Assembly (NCBI GenBank): GCA_030583705.1
Contig: CP129471.1
Coordinates: 50,506 to 114,505 of the forward strand
From: Patescibacteria group bacterium
Lineage (GTDB): Bacteria > Patescibacteriota > Patescibacteriia > Patescibacteriales > Patescibacteriaceae
Reading direction: 5' to 3'
DNA length: 64,000 bases
The first letter of the stretch is position 1. Every line of letters begins with the position of its first letter. The notes under the pieces were generated by a model that made no database searches, was not told where the DNA came from, and was given only the letters and a program-made list of their open reading frames with translations. Shown here one piece after another: positions 17,184 through 27,542 of this stretch. Position numbers and translations under genes: made by a program.

Positions 17184-18692
17184 CATCCCGGTGAGGGAGA
17201 TGAAATAGTATCTGAAACCATATACTTACAAGCAGTCGGAGCCTGTTACCTTCGGGTAATCGGGTGACGGCGTGCCTATTGAAGAATGAGCCAACGAGTT
17301 TGTTGTATGCGGCTTGATTAATTCCGTTAAACGGAAGCAGTCATAGTGAAAGCGAGGGTTAACCGCCCGTACTCTTATTTATTAGAAGTGGCAATAATTT
17401 GTCCTTACGCAAGTAAGGCTTTGTTGTTCTTCTATTAGATAAGAAGGTCGCATGCACAAGACCCGAAGCCGGGTGATCTAACCATGGCCAGGTTGAACCT
17501 TGACGAAAGTCAAGGGGAGGACCGAACCCGTAAGTCGTGCAACACTTTGGGATGAGCTGTGGTTAGCGGAGAAATTCCAATCGAACTCGGCAATAGCTGG
17601 TTCTCCTCGAAATAGCTTTAGGGCTAGCCTCGAGCGCTGAACATGGGGGGTAGAGCACTGAATGGGGGTGGGCCGCAAGGTACCTTCTCCAACCAAACTC
17701 CGAATACCCATGCGTGTAGCTCGGGAGTCAGACTATGGGCGCTAAGGTCCATCAGTCGAAAGGGAAACAGCCCAGATCGCCATCTAAGGTCCCTAAATAT
17801 AAACTAAGTGTAAAAGGTGGTGTCGTGACCGCGACAACTAGGAGGTTGGCTTAGAAGCAGCCATCCTTTAAAGATAGCGTAATAGCTCACTAGTCTAGTC
17901 GTCTCGCGCCGAAAATGTACCGGGGCTAAGTTTATTACCGAAGATGCGAACTTGTTACTTAGGTAACAAGTGGTAGAGGAGCATTCCAACGCCGCTGAAG
18001 TCGTGATGTGAGTCACGGTGGAGGTTTTGGAAGAGAGAATGTTGGCATAAGTAGCATAAAGGCGGGTGAAAACCCCGCCCACCGAAAATCTAAGGGTTCC
18101 TGGGCAACGTAAATCGTCCCAGGGTTAGTCGGCCCTAAGGCGAGGCTGCTGTAGTGGCAGCGTAGTCGATGGATGAGCTGGTTAATACTCCAGCACTACT
18201 GTAATTTTCCGATGGGGGGACGAAGTCTCAAGGTTCAAGCGTTTCTATGGTATGAACGTTGTTGTCCGCAAGAGCTGATCCAGGCAAATCCGGATCACCA
18301 AGCTCAAGCGGTTGACTGAAGACAAAGCTTTCGGGCGGCGTCAATTTGAGCTGAGAGATTTTCCAGAAAAGCCTCTAGGGTTAAGATTATAGTATCCGTA
18401 CCGTAAACCGACACAGGTAGATGAGGCGAGAAGCCTAAGGTGAACGAGAGAACCCTCGTTAAGGAACTCGGCAAAACAGCGGGCGTAAGTTAGCAATAAG
18501 CCCTGCCCCGCGCAAGCGGGGCCGCAGCGAAAGATTTCAAGTGACTGTTTACCAAAAACACAGCTCCCTGCTAACTCGTAAGAGGATGTATAGGGGGTGA
18601 TGCCTGGCCAGTGTCCGAACGTTAAGAGGAGAGGTTAGCACTTCGGTGCGAAGCTTTGAATCGAAGCGCGGATGAACGCCGGCCGTAACTAT

Positions 18693-19408
18693 AGAAGCTT
18701 AGGACGACCCTTTGGGTTTAAGCGTTGTAGTTACGTTAAAAAATCTGACTATATGCTGGAAACTCCCGTTAGACAAGCGGTACTCGGTTAAACACCAGTG
18801 AAAATCCGTTTGGTAGGGACAATCAGCAGGAAAGCTAATACTATGTTAAATATACAAAATATTCCGGACCGTATAGGCTATTATTTAGCCGGTTTTACGG
18901 ACGGAGAAGGTAGTTTTATGGTAGTGGTTCGTAATCGCCCGGATTTTCGGGCCGGTTATAAAGTTTCTCTTTGTTTTAATGTTTCTCAGAAAGAAAGTTA
19001 TATTCTTTCTCAGTTTAAAAAACATTTAGCTTGCGGAACTTTAAGATCACGACCTGATGGAGTCTGGTATTTTGAAGTTAATAACTTCAAGGCTATCAGT
19101 GAAAACATCATTCCTTTTTTTGATCGATTTGGTTTTTTGTCGCAAAACAAGAAAAAGCAATACGCTTTATTTAAGCGAGCGGCTTATATTATAAAAACTG
19201 AAACTCATTTGACCTTAGAGGGTTTTCAAAAAATTCTCTTAATACGAAGTCAAATGAATCGTGGTGGAAAAAGAAAAAACTTAGCATCCTCAGAGACTAT
19301 ACGTCAGACCCGTTTACGGGAAGATATAGTCCGACCTTCAGTGAAAGCTGAAGAGCTCAGCAGAAATGTTTGAGCCACTTAACGGCAACGTTAAGGAGTA
19401 ACAAGATG
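18693..19408 (+). mobile_element. group I intron in 23S rRNA (near E. coli position ~1917) carrying a LAGLIDADG homing endonuclease ORF
   Basis: Exon sequence GTAACTAT^AACGGTCC interrupted; 5' exon ends in U, intron ends in G; contains 'gactatatgctggaaactc' core also seen in the 16S intron 1. Confidence 0.7.
18798..19373 (+). CDS. LAGLIDADG homing endonuclease (intron-encoded; probable true start M 18843)
   Basis: 'YLAGFTDGEGSFMVVV' LAGLIDADG motif; located wholly within 23S intron. Confidence 0.75.
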   Translation: MKIRLVGTISRKANTMLNIQNIPDRIGYYLAGFTDGEGSFMVVVRNRPDFRAGYKVSLCFNVSQKESYILSQFKKHLACGTLRSRPDGVWYFEVNNFKAISENIIPFFDRFGFLSQNKKKQYALFKRAAYIIKTETHLTLEGFQKILLIRSQMNRGGKRKNLASSETIRQTRLREDIVRPSVKAEELSRNV

Positions 19409-19422
19409 AACGGTCCTAAGGT

Positions 19423-19749
19423 TGTGTAATTTTACGAAGGTAAGATTATACAAGGACTGGGACCGTTATCTTAAAGTTCGTTACCTGGCTATAATGAAAG
19501 TTGTAGTTGTCCTAAAACACCCAGTAAAATGCGCTAAAATCTTCAAAAGATTTTTGGTACCACTCTCTTTTATGAGACATGGTAAAAATCCGGAAATACA
19601 CGGAGGCAAGGCGCAGGATTAATTAAATATTAATCCCCAGAGACTTAACACTGGGGTCCTAAGATGTAAGACTAGTATCTGAAGTTAACTAGATTATATT
19701 ATGGATAAGATAAAGTCCGGGCTTAATAGATAATATTAAGAAGGACCAG
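19423..19749 (+). mobile_element. second, ORF-less intron in 23S rRNA (near E. coli ~1931), 14 nt downstream of intron 1
   Basis: Exon AACGGTCCTAAGGT^AGCGAAATTCC interrupted by 327 nt; 5' exon ends U, intron ends G. Confidence 0.55.
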
Positions 19750-19797
<48 letters not shown>

Positions 19798-20289
19798 AAC
19801 TTGAAAACTGTCTCAACGAGGGACTCGGCGAAATTACAGGACCGGTAAAGATGCCGGTTAACCATAGCTAGACGAAAAGACCCCGTGAAGCTTTACTACA
19901 GCTTGATATTGGGTTAGGGATATATCTGTTCAGAATAGGTGGGAGCCTTCGGGCGCCAGTGAGATACCACCCTGGTATATTTTTAATCCTCACTTCGATC
20001 CGTGAATCCGGATAAAGGACAGTATCTGGTGGGTAGTTTGTCTGGGGCGGATGCCTCCTAAAAGGTAACGGAGGCGTTTACAAAGGTTGGCTATCTCGGG
20101 ATGGAAACCCGGGAGATAGTGTAAAGGCATAAGCCAGCTTTACTGCAAGACCTACAAGTCGCGCAGTTGCGAAAGCAGAACTTAGTGATCCGACCGTGCG
20201 AAATAGAACGGCGGAAGCTCATCGGATAAAAGCTACTCCGGGGATAACAGGCTAGTCACGCCCAAGCGTCCACAGCGACGGCGTGGTTC

Positions 20290-20322
<33 letters not shown>

Positions 20323-20332
20323 GTGGAGAAGC

Positions 20333-20385
<53 letters not shown>

Positions 20386-20732
20386 CCGTCGTAAGACAGG
20401 TCGGTCTCCTCTCTACTATGGTCGCGGAAATTTGAGAAGGCTCTTCCCTAGTACGAGAGGACCGGGAAGAACGAAGCTCTAGTGTGCCAGTTGTCCTACC
20501 AAGGGCATTGCTGGGTAGCTACCTTCGGTTTAGATAAACGCTGAAAGCATCTAAGCGTGAAGCTGTCTTCAAGATTAGATTTCATAGGTTGGTCAGAGAC
20601 TATGACCTTGATAGGCTCCAGGTGTAAGTCCGGTAACGGATTGAGCCGAGGAGTACTAATAAACCATTAGATTTTCCTACAATTTTGTTTTTAAATCACA
20701 GTCTTTATTCGTGTGTCAATTTATAAGAGTTT

Positions 20733-20861
20733 GATGGCGCCGTCTTGGTGGTTCTTGCGAAGGGGTCACACCTGTTCTCATCTCGAACACAGAAGTTAAG
20801 CCCTTCAGCGCCGATGATACTTGGGCCGCCCAAGCCCTGGGAAAGTAGGTCGCCGCCAGGA
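20733..20861 (+). rRNA. rrf: 5S rRNA
   Basis: 'ggcgccgtcttggtgg..cctgttctcatctcgaacacagaagttaagc..gccgatgatacttggg..gtaggtcgccgccagg' matches 5S consensus. Confidence 0.85.
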
Positions 20862-20883
20862 CAGCGCTATTAAACAAAGAAAA

Positions 20884-20909
20884 ACCGCCCAATATGGGTG
20901 GTTTTTTTG
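20884..20909 (+). terminator. intrinsic terminator after 5S rRNA (accgccca atat gggtggt + T7)
   Basis: Hairpin plus T-run seen directly. Confidence 0.5.
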
Positions 20910-21012
20910 ATTTTATTAAACTTTTTATTGACTTTTTTAGGGAGTGGGTTAGAATTAAATTAAATAAGAACTGGTTTATTTTAAGGATTAAATCTATTTT
21001 TAATATTAGTAT

Positions 21013-21435
21013 ATGGAGGATACAAAAAATATAAGTCAAGAAGAGAAAACTATCTATCGCAAACACTTCAATGCACGAATGTGGGTAGCTTTTACTATTA
21101 CGTTATTGTTAGTTATAGCTACAATCCCATTTTCATTTGCTAACAATGCTGATTACCCGGATTATCCGGTAATAATATTCCCTGCCTTATTTATTGGTTT
21201 GGGTATTTGGAGCTTATTGTTGTGGGGATATGTGCCTCGAATTTTCTCTCTTTCTGAATATCTTTATAAAAGATCATACCGAATATTTAGATATAGATTT
21301 CTACCACTTACTGAAGATGCTGAAATTATAGCTAAACAAAGAATTTATAAAAAAGTAAATCCAATCTGGAATATTCTTATTGCTTTAGGGCTCTTCTTTT
21401 GGGGTTATTTACTATATTTATCTGTGATGATATAA
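21013..21435 (+). CDS. hypothetical 4-TM membrane protein
   Basis: Hydrophobic segments; no motif recognised. Confidence 0.3.
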   Translation: MEDTKNISQEEKTIYRKHFNARMWVAFTITLLLVIATIPFSFANNADYPDYPVIIFPALFIGLGIWSLLLWGYVPRIFSLSEYLYKRSYRIFRYRFLPLTEDAEIIAKQRIYKKVNPIWNILIALGLFFWGYLLYLSVMI

Positions 21436-21518
21436 TCGACTTAACTAAGATATTTAAACGTGCTACCTTGTAACTATTTTTGGGAGATCCCCCTGATCCG
21501 GAGTTTTACTTCGGTGAT

Positions 21519-21548
21519 TATAAGAAAACTCGAGTCATGACTCGAGTT
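21519..21548. terminator. palindromic hairpin (aaaactcgagtcatgactcgagttttt), bidirectional terminator
   Basis: Perfect 9-bp palindrome flanked by A/T runs between convergent genes. Confidence 0.4.
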
Positions 21549-21581
21549 TTTCTTTTATTAGATATTGGGAAAAGACTATTT

Positions 21582-24578
21582 TTAGTTATTCTTAATATTC
21601 TCTTCGGTTTGTTTTTTCCAGAGTAGATATCCTGCCAATCCACTGGTCATGATTATTCCAATAATAATGTATTGAATCATTTTTTTCTTGTTATCTCTGG
21701 TTTGAGCTAGTAGATTTTTTTGTAGTTCATCATTTTCTACAGTATTATTTATAGCATCTTGGCTATCTGGTCTTTTTATATCTTCCTTATTTCTTGGAGT
21801 AAGCCTTATTTTATCTCCTTCGGGTATGGTTAATCCTGTAACAGATAATTTATCTCCCACTTTAAATCCCCCAACAGTTAAACCACTACCCTTGGTTAGA
21901 TAAACCTCCACCTCGCCTTGTTCATCGATTAAAGTGAGTCTTGGACTTTTCTTGGCCGCTACTTCTCCATTAAAGATTACCAATTTTGGATGAGGAGGGT
22001 TTTGTATGCTTTGTGAATTTTCTTCTTGTGGTTGTATGATGTCTCCTTGTCCGATCTTGATAATATCTTTTAGATCCGAGGTTTTAATTCTTGGGCCAAC
22101 TTGTGTTTCAGATAATGTTCCGGTTATTGATATCCTATCTCCAATAGACATTTCAGGGAAAAGCTTTTTTGAATTATATACCTGATAGATTTCCTTAGCG
22201 GTATCCGGCTTAAAATGAAAGTACTGGACACTAAAAGAACCTGGTAGGGCCACTACTGTGCCAGTCATGAGATTTTGGCCGTTTTTGGTGGTCGTCTTAG
22301 GGTCTGCAGTCGTGCTTAGGGCATTAGCTTTTCCCGGGGTTGGCGTTTTAGTCCAAGTCCAGCCTGAACCGATAATTATGTAAGATTGTTCTTCTGGGGC
22401 ATTACTATATGAAACACTGTCTATAATCTCTTGCCCGTATCTTAAAGTTATTGTTTCATTGGCATTACCCAAGGGGATGGGTAGATATTGCGAGGTTAAG
22501 ACAAAATAAGCACCAGGAGCTATCTCCAGATTTTCGTTAAAACTTTGTCCTTGTTTGTTTTTAGTTGAGATAGACCAACCTAAGAGGTTAACTGTTTGTT
22601 CTCCAATATTTTTTAATTCCAACCATTCTTTATCTCCATCCGCCCCCTTGGGGTTGGGAAATATTTCACTTAAACGCAGAGAGGTTGGACCGGTTAAGTT
22701 AAGATTTTGCGTATCAGGTCCTCCAGTATGGTTTTGCCCTTTGGCTATATTAATTTTTTTACTAATCATGGACACTCCATATTCTGTCCCAACTGTTAAA
22801 ATTACCGTATAATTACCAGCTTTAACATAGACATGTTCAGGATGTTTTTCTTCACTAATACTACCGTCTCCGAAGTTCCAGACATAAGATAATTTTCCTC
22901 CACCAGAGATAGTGTCTGAGCTATCGAAAGTAATTATTTCTCCATCTTCAATAATCCCAGACCAATTAAAGCCGGCGGTTGGGGGAGTGATAAAGACATT
23001 TCTTTTGTTGGGAGTTTGAATCATAGTCCACTGCCAGCTTAGGTTTACTTGTTCCCCGCCTTCGTTTACCATAGCATAACTAAAACCTTCAGCTGTTTCT
23101 TTATATGAGACAGTGTGTAGGGCGGTAGATCTCAAGGGTTGATGAAGTTTAATGGTGGCTCCTGAGTTATTTAAATTAAATCCAACGCTTGAGTTAATGG
23201 TTAAATAATCTCTGGCTTTAATGGTTTGTCCTTGCTTAAATTCATAGGTAAAGATTCCGCCGATGTCTAGTCGCCAGCCGTTTAAGTTAACAGTTGTTTC
23301 TCCTCTGTTATATAGTTCAATAAACTCTTGTCCAGGTAGCTCACTGTCTATACCTATCGGGTTAGGGAATATTTCGCTGATTACTATATCCTTTGTGTAG
23401 TCATAGCCTCCAGTTTTTTCTCCTTCGTTTATTTTGGTTATAAGGTTAGGGCCGTTTTTGGTGGGGGTTGAGGTTAGAAAAAAACTTTCTTTATCTGAAG
23501 AAGCCTTAAAGCCATCTTCTTGCCTGGCTGTACTAAAACCTTTACCAGCTGCCGGAGCGTTGTCTTCTACTAGGCCGTCATTCCAGTCTCCATAAGTAAC
23601 CTGATCAATTATCTGGTTAAGTTGATTACGTAAAATAATAATATCTCCACTATTGTTAAGAGCACCTTTTGGTTTATTAATAATATAATAACGATTATTT
23701 TCTTCCGCACCGATTAGACCGGTAAGTTTTGTTTTAGCACCAGAGCCGTCTTCAATCGTCCAGTCTGTTAAGTTAACAGGCTCTTGTGTAATGTTATAAA
23801 GTTCAATCCACTCATCTTGTCCACTTGGCGGATCGGAGACAAACTCGTTAATAACAATATCTGTTAGTCCGTTATTATTATTAGACTCTTCTTCGTTGTT
23901 GCTTTGCTCATTTTCTTCTTCTTGATTTTCTTGCTCATTTTCTTCTTCTTGCTCCTCCTCATTTTCTTCATTTTCACTCTCCTCTTCCTCGTTATTTTCT
24001 TCATTAATAATATGAAAATCTAGGCTGTTGTTGTTTGTGTCTTGATAGTTTATTCTCTCTAGCCATTGGTTAGCTCCCGGGTTGATGGGGTAAGCTGAGC
24101 CCTCAACTAAGGCGTTTAAAGCTTCTCCCCAACCGACAGCGTCAATAATCGCACCGGTGTTATTGGAGCCAAAGCGCAGAGCTATGGCATTATCATTGGC
24201 AATGGTCTGATTTGAAGAAATATCTGCCCCTAGCGATTCGGCAAAACCGTTATTGGCATTTGCCCAAGTGTAGATACCACCCGGTAAAAGCAGCGTCGCT
24301 TCGCTCCAGCTAATAATCATTGTGTCGGTTATACCGTTTTTGGTTCGTTTAACCAATCTAAGGCCATTTAAATCCAAGGTTTCGTTAGTGTTATTATAAA
24401 AAACCACCGCATCCTGATCTGTTTTACCAGGCCCTCCGGTAATGCGTACTCGGTTAATTAAGAGATCGCCGGGTGAAATGGCTCTAACGATCGGGACAAC
24501 GATTAAAAGAGCTATGGCAGCTAAGGCTACATAACCCAATAGACGACCAAGAGGTCGTTTCTCTCCAAAATAAAACAT
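21582..24578 (-). CDS. large surface protein: N-terminal signal/TM, four lamin-tail domains (LTD), acidic low-complexity linker, PKD domain, C-terminal TM anchor (start likely at M 24578 rather than 24686)
   Basis: LTD-like repeats 'IVINEFVSDP..DEWIELYNITQEPVNLTDWTIEDGSG', 'IVISEIFPNP..QEFIELYNRGETTVNLNGWRLD', 'LRLSEIFPNP..EWLELKNIGEQTVNLLGWSIS'; PKD 'LSYVWNFGDGS..HVYVKAGNYTVILTV'; C-terminal 'IIIGIIMTSGLAGYLLWKK'. Confidence 0.65.
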   Translation of the reverse strand: MFYFGEKRPLGRLLGYVALAAIALLIVVPIVRAISPGDLLINRVRITGGPGKTDQDAVVFYNNTNETLDLNGLRLVKRTKNGITDTMIISWSEATLLLPGGIYTWANANNGFAESLGADISSNQTIANDNAIALRFGSNNTGAIIDAVGWGEALNALVEGSAYPINPGANQWLERINYQDTNNNSLDFHIINEENNEEEESENEENEEEQEEENEQENQEEENEQSNNEEESNNNNGLTDIVINEFVSDPPSGQDEWIELYNITQEPVNLTDWTIEDGSGAKTKLTGLIGAEENNRYYIINKPKGALNNSGDIIILRNQLNQIIDQVTYGDWNDGLVEDNAPAAGKGFSTARQEDGFKASSDKESFFLTSTPTKNGPNLITKINEGEKTGGYDYTKDIVISEIFPNPIGIDSELPGQEFIELYNRGETTVNLNGWRLDIGGIFTYEFKQGQTIKARDYLTINSSVGFNLNNSGATIKLHQPLRSTALHTVSYKETAEGFSYAMVNEGGEQVNLSWQWTMIQTPNKRNVFITPPTAGFNWSGIIEDGEIITFDSSDTISGGGKLSYVWNFGDGSISEEKHPEHVYVKAGNYTVILTVGTEYGVSMISKKINIAKGQNHTGGPDTQNLNLTGPTSLRLSEIFPNPKGADGDKEWLELKNIGEQTVNLLGWSISTKNKQGQSFNENLEIAPGAYFVLTSQYLPIPLGNANETITLRYGQEIIDSVSYSNAPEEQSYIIIGSGWTWTKTPTPGKANALSTTADPKTTTKNGQNLMTGTVVALPGSFSVQYFHFKPDTAKEIYQVYNSKKLFPEMSIGDRISITGTLSETQVGPRIKTSDLKDIIKIGQGDIIQPQEENSQSIQNPPHPKLVIFNGEVAAKKSPRLTLIDEQGEVEVYLTKGSGLTVGGFKVGDKLSVTGLTIPEGDKIRLTPRNKEDIKRPDSQDAINNTVENDELQKNLLAQTRDNKKKMIQYIIIGIIMTSGLAGYLLWKKQTEENIKNN

Positions 24579-24618
24579 AAGATTAATGTTAATGAACGGA
24601 GAGATTTTTGGAGAGGTT

Positions 24619-25671
24619 TTAAGAGGAGAGTTTGTTTTTAAACCAATTAACCCAAGGTATTTCCATGGGGTTAACTTTGTTTTCAAGAGCTAAATAGTAT
24701 GTTAGCCAACCACCTAATTGCAACATAACCAGGGCTTGGATTAAAGCGTTTGAGCCAACAAGGCTATATGAACAAACAGTAATATTTTGTTTCTTAATAA
24801 CTTCTTTAGTTAAATCAAGTCGTTTATTGATTCTTTTGTCATTAAGGCTTGATTCAAAAAACAAAGCAGCCAGTCTTTTTTTATTGGAGGACGGATACTT
24901 AAGACCTTCCATGGCAAAATGGTTCATTTCGGATAAGACCAAGTAAGAGGCGTAGTTTTTGGCGTTTTCGCACCATTGGTTACGTAGAGTCTTAAGATTA
25001 CCTTCAAATAATGGACCACCGATTAAAATAGTTTCTTTATCTGATAGCTTTTTTGCCAATTTTTTAATTGAAGAGCTATTATTTTTTAGATCTTTGTTAC
25101 TTTTTTTAACTTGTTTGATTAAATCTTTTATTTCTTTGTCTGGTAATTTAATTACTCCGAGTTTTTTAAGTATAAGCAAGAAAGAAGCTAAGGAAAGACC
25201 AAGTCCGGCACGGGGTTGATTAGATGGATTGGTTTTGGTACTAAAACAAAAACGGGAAATATTGTCTTTTTCGGCTTTTTTAAATAAGGTACTGTTTTTA
25301 TCTCCGGTTAAAGCCAGTAGTTGAGCACCTCTTTTTTTAGCTTTGTCATAAGCGACTAAGACTTCTTCGGTAGTTCCGGAATAAGAAGAAAGGATGTAGA
25401 GAGTTTTTTTATTAACATGACCATTAAGTTCATAACCTGGTTCAATAATTAAGGGGATTTTAAGTTTATTTTGCCAAATTGATTTAATAATCTCCGCTCC
25501 AAGATTGGAACCACCCATACCGTTAACAACTATTTTATCTATGTTTTTAACAGAGGGTTTTATGATAAGGTTTTTTTCATCACTAAAAACCGCTGCCATT
25601 TGATCCGGCAACTTACTTAAAGATTCTTCAAAGACTGGGAAACGCATTGAGCGCTTGAGAGCGAGAAACAT
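24619..25671 (-). CDS. bifunctional phosphoglucose/phosphomannose isomerase (SIS domain, archaeal-type PGI/PMI family)
   Basis: 'IVVNGMGGSNLGAEII' SIS motif and overall ~330 aa two-SIS layout. Confidence 0.55.
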   Translation of the reverse strand: MFLALKRSMRFPVFEESLSKLPDQMAAVFSDEKNLIIKPSVKNIDKIVVNGMGGSNLGAEIIKSIWQNKLKIPLIIEPGYELNGHVNKKTLYILSSYSGTTEEVLVAYDKAKKRGAQLLALTGDKNSTLFKKAEKDNISRFCFSTKTNPSNQPRAGLGLSLASFLLILKKLGVIKLPDKEIKDLIKQVKKSNKDLKNNSSSIKKLAKKLSDKETILIGGPLFEGNLKTLRNQWCENAKNYASYLVLSEMNHFAMEGLKYPSSNKKRLAALFFESSLNDKRINKRLDLTKEVIKKQNITVCSYSLVGSNALIQALVMLQLGGWLTYYLALENKVNPMEIPWVNWFKNKLSS

Positions 25672-25764
25672 AATATAGATAGTGTAGCGGATTTTAGGAA
25701 AGAAATCAAGCTTAGTTGCCTACTTAGATGATTTGTTTTTTTAGGGCTTTATCAAGCTCAACTT

Positions 25765-27084
25765 CTAAAACAATTTTCTCCCCCTTTCTTCCTTTTCTTT
25801 ATCAGTAAAAATTCTAACTGTACCATACTCTCCGTCATAGCCGGGTTTAATAGTTAATTTACCCTCTCTTACTCTCTTAATACCTTCGGTAATCTGGGGA
25901 AAAGTTTTATTTATAGTTTTAAGATCAGTGTCTAGGAGTATGGTTAGTTCTGATCCTAGCTCTTTCGTCATTGCCTCATAAATCTGTTGAACCTTTTTAG
26001 AGAAGCGACTTTTAATATTTAATGATTCAGCGATTATCTTATCCAACTCCACAATTTTTACAAAAGGCGATACCTTTTCTGGTCTTTCTCCTTCTTTTCT
26101 GTCTGCTAGTTCTTCAACTCTGTTTAATACCCCAATAACCAACGGCTTATTGCATTTTGGACAAAGATTTTGGTGTTTTTTAGATTCTTTAGGTTCAAAA
26201 CTTATATTACAAGCCCGATGTCCGTCGTAATGGTACATGCCTTCTTCCGGATAGAACTCTATGGTTTTAATAATTTTTTCTGTTTTTTTGTAGCGGATAA
26301 TATCATAAATTTCTTGGTAGCTTGGTTCTTTACTTAAAGAAAAAACACTAGCTTCTCTAGCCAAATTAGCTAAAGAGTGGGCGTCTGAAGAAGAAAGCAG
26401 GGTAAGGTTATCTAAACCAAAGATTCGCCAATTCATGTCGGGGTCACTGGAAATACCGGTTTCATAGGCATAGATATGTTCAGTTTGTTCATGAAAACAT
26501 TCTTCTACTGAGTTAAAGCCGGATTTTGAACCAAACATAGAAAACCAAGGAGTCCAGATATGGGCGGGGTAGATTAAGAAATTGGGATCAATGGATAAAC
26601 AAAGTTTAACTAGAGCAGGGCAGCTCATACCGAGAATAGGTCTTCCGTCTGAACGGATATTGTAGTGTTTATCCAGATAGTCGTTTAAAGTTTTAACCGC
26701 TTTAAGGTTAGGAGCGGTAACCATAATGTGTACTCTTCGGGCTTTTCCGCCATCTTTGTATATTAAAGATAATTCGGTAGAGAGAATAAATTTAATGGAG
26801 TTGTCTTGAGAGGTTTTTAGCCTATATAATCCCGAAGAGTTAATTTCTTCAAGTTGGTTATTAATATCTCTAAACCAAGCCGGATAGGTAAAGTCACCGG
26901 TAGCAATAATATCGATACCCTTAACCCTACAATTAGCTTCAATATTAGGTAGAGTAAGCCTAGGACTGCAGGCCCGGGAATATTTGGAATGGATATGGAG
27001 ATCTAGAATGTGGTTCATGGGGTTATTGTAGCAAAAAAAGAGGTCAGAGGAAAGGTTTTTATTTAGGGCGATAATCATAAACAC
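25765..27084 (-). CDS. PHP-domain phosphoesterase with C-terminal Zn-ribbon, endonuclease Q-like (possible start M 27018)
   Basis: 'ILDLHIHSKYSRACS' PHP metal-binding motif near N-terminus, 'CPKCNKPLVIGV' Zn-ribbon; ~420 aa as EndoQ family. Confidence 0.45.
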   Translation of the reverse strand: MFMIIALNKNLSSDLFFCYNNPMNHILDLHIHSKYSRACSPRLTLPNIEANCRVKGIDIIATGDFTYPAWFRDINNQLEEINSSGLYRLKTSQDNSIKFILSTELSLIYKDGGKARRVHIMVTAPNLKAVKTLNDYLDKHYNIRSDGRPILGMSCPALVKLCLSIDPNFLIYPAHIWTPWFSMFGSKSGFNSVEECFHEQTEHIYAYETGISSDPDMNWRIFGLDNLTLLSSSDAHSLANLAREASVFSLSKEPSYQEIYDIIRYKKTEKIIKTIEFYPEEGMYHYDGHRACNISFEPKESKKHQNLCPKCNKPLVIGVLNRVEELADRKEGERPEKVSPFVKIVELDKIIAESLNIKSRFSKKVQQIYEAMTKELGSELTILLDTDLKTINKTFPQITEGIKRVREGKLTIKPGYDGEYGTVRIFTDKEKEERGRKLF

Positions 27085-27138
27085 CTCAATAGGTTGAGGT
27101 GTTTAAGTATTTACCAGGTTATTAATATGGCTTATTAA

Positions 27139-27540
27139 TTATTTCCTATGTTTCTCGCACCGGCAGTTTTTTCCAATAAAAGCTTCAAAATATTCTTTAC
27201 CGTAATTATAGAAAAGTTCTTCCCCGACTTTAATATTTCGTGTAGCCCTAAATCTTATTCGTTTGGCGTATTGAATTGGTTCGCAGTTGGTTTTAATGCA
27301 AGCATGATTAATATAGCGGGCGAGGTTTGAGGGGTTATTACCGTCAATCGTCCAGGTCTTGCCTAAAGCGAACAAGTATTTGCCTTGTTTCTTTTGGGCC
27401 TGTTCATCGGTTAACAGAGGTCCTGTATATTCAATGATAAAAGAACCTTTTTTAATGGGTTCTATAACAAATAAACCAAGGCCGGAAGTGCCTCGTTTAA
27501 CACATAATTTAGCACGTTGATCATTATTAATTGATTTCAT
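27139..27540 (-). CDS. SET-domain protein (putative protein-lysine methyltransferase) with post-SET Cys cluster
   Basis: 'GLFVIEPIKKGSFIIEYTG', 'YINHAC..NCEP' (NHSC motif), 'ELFYNYG', C-terminal 'CRCEKH'. Confidence 0.7.
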   Translation of the reverse strand: MKSINNDQRAKLCVKRGTSGLGLFVIEPIKKGSFIIEYTGPLLTDEQAQKKQGKYLFALGKTWTIDGNNPSNLARYINHACIKTNCEPIQYAKRIRFRATRNIKVGEELFYNYGKEYFEAFIGKNCRCEKHRK

Positions 27541-27542
27541 AG

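Noticed and set aside
19422-19622. 66-aa ORF inside the second 23S intron
   Set aside because: Short, no LAGLIDADG/GIY-YIG/HNH motif, no RBS; likely chance ORF in structured intron RNA
20716-21066. 116-aa minus-strand ORF overlapping 5S rRNA and terminator
   Set aside because: Overlaps 5S rRNA; spurious
23870-24010. Repetitive GAA/GAG-rich DNA (encoding E/N/Q run) as possible CRISPR or tandem repeat array
   Set aside because: No regular repeat-spacer periodicity; it is in-frame low-complexity coding sequence of the LTD protein. Similar for the ftsK acidic tail at 15200..15460
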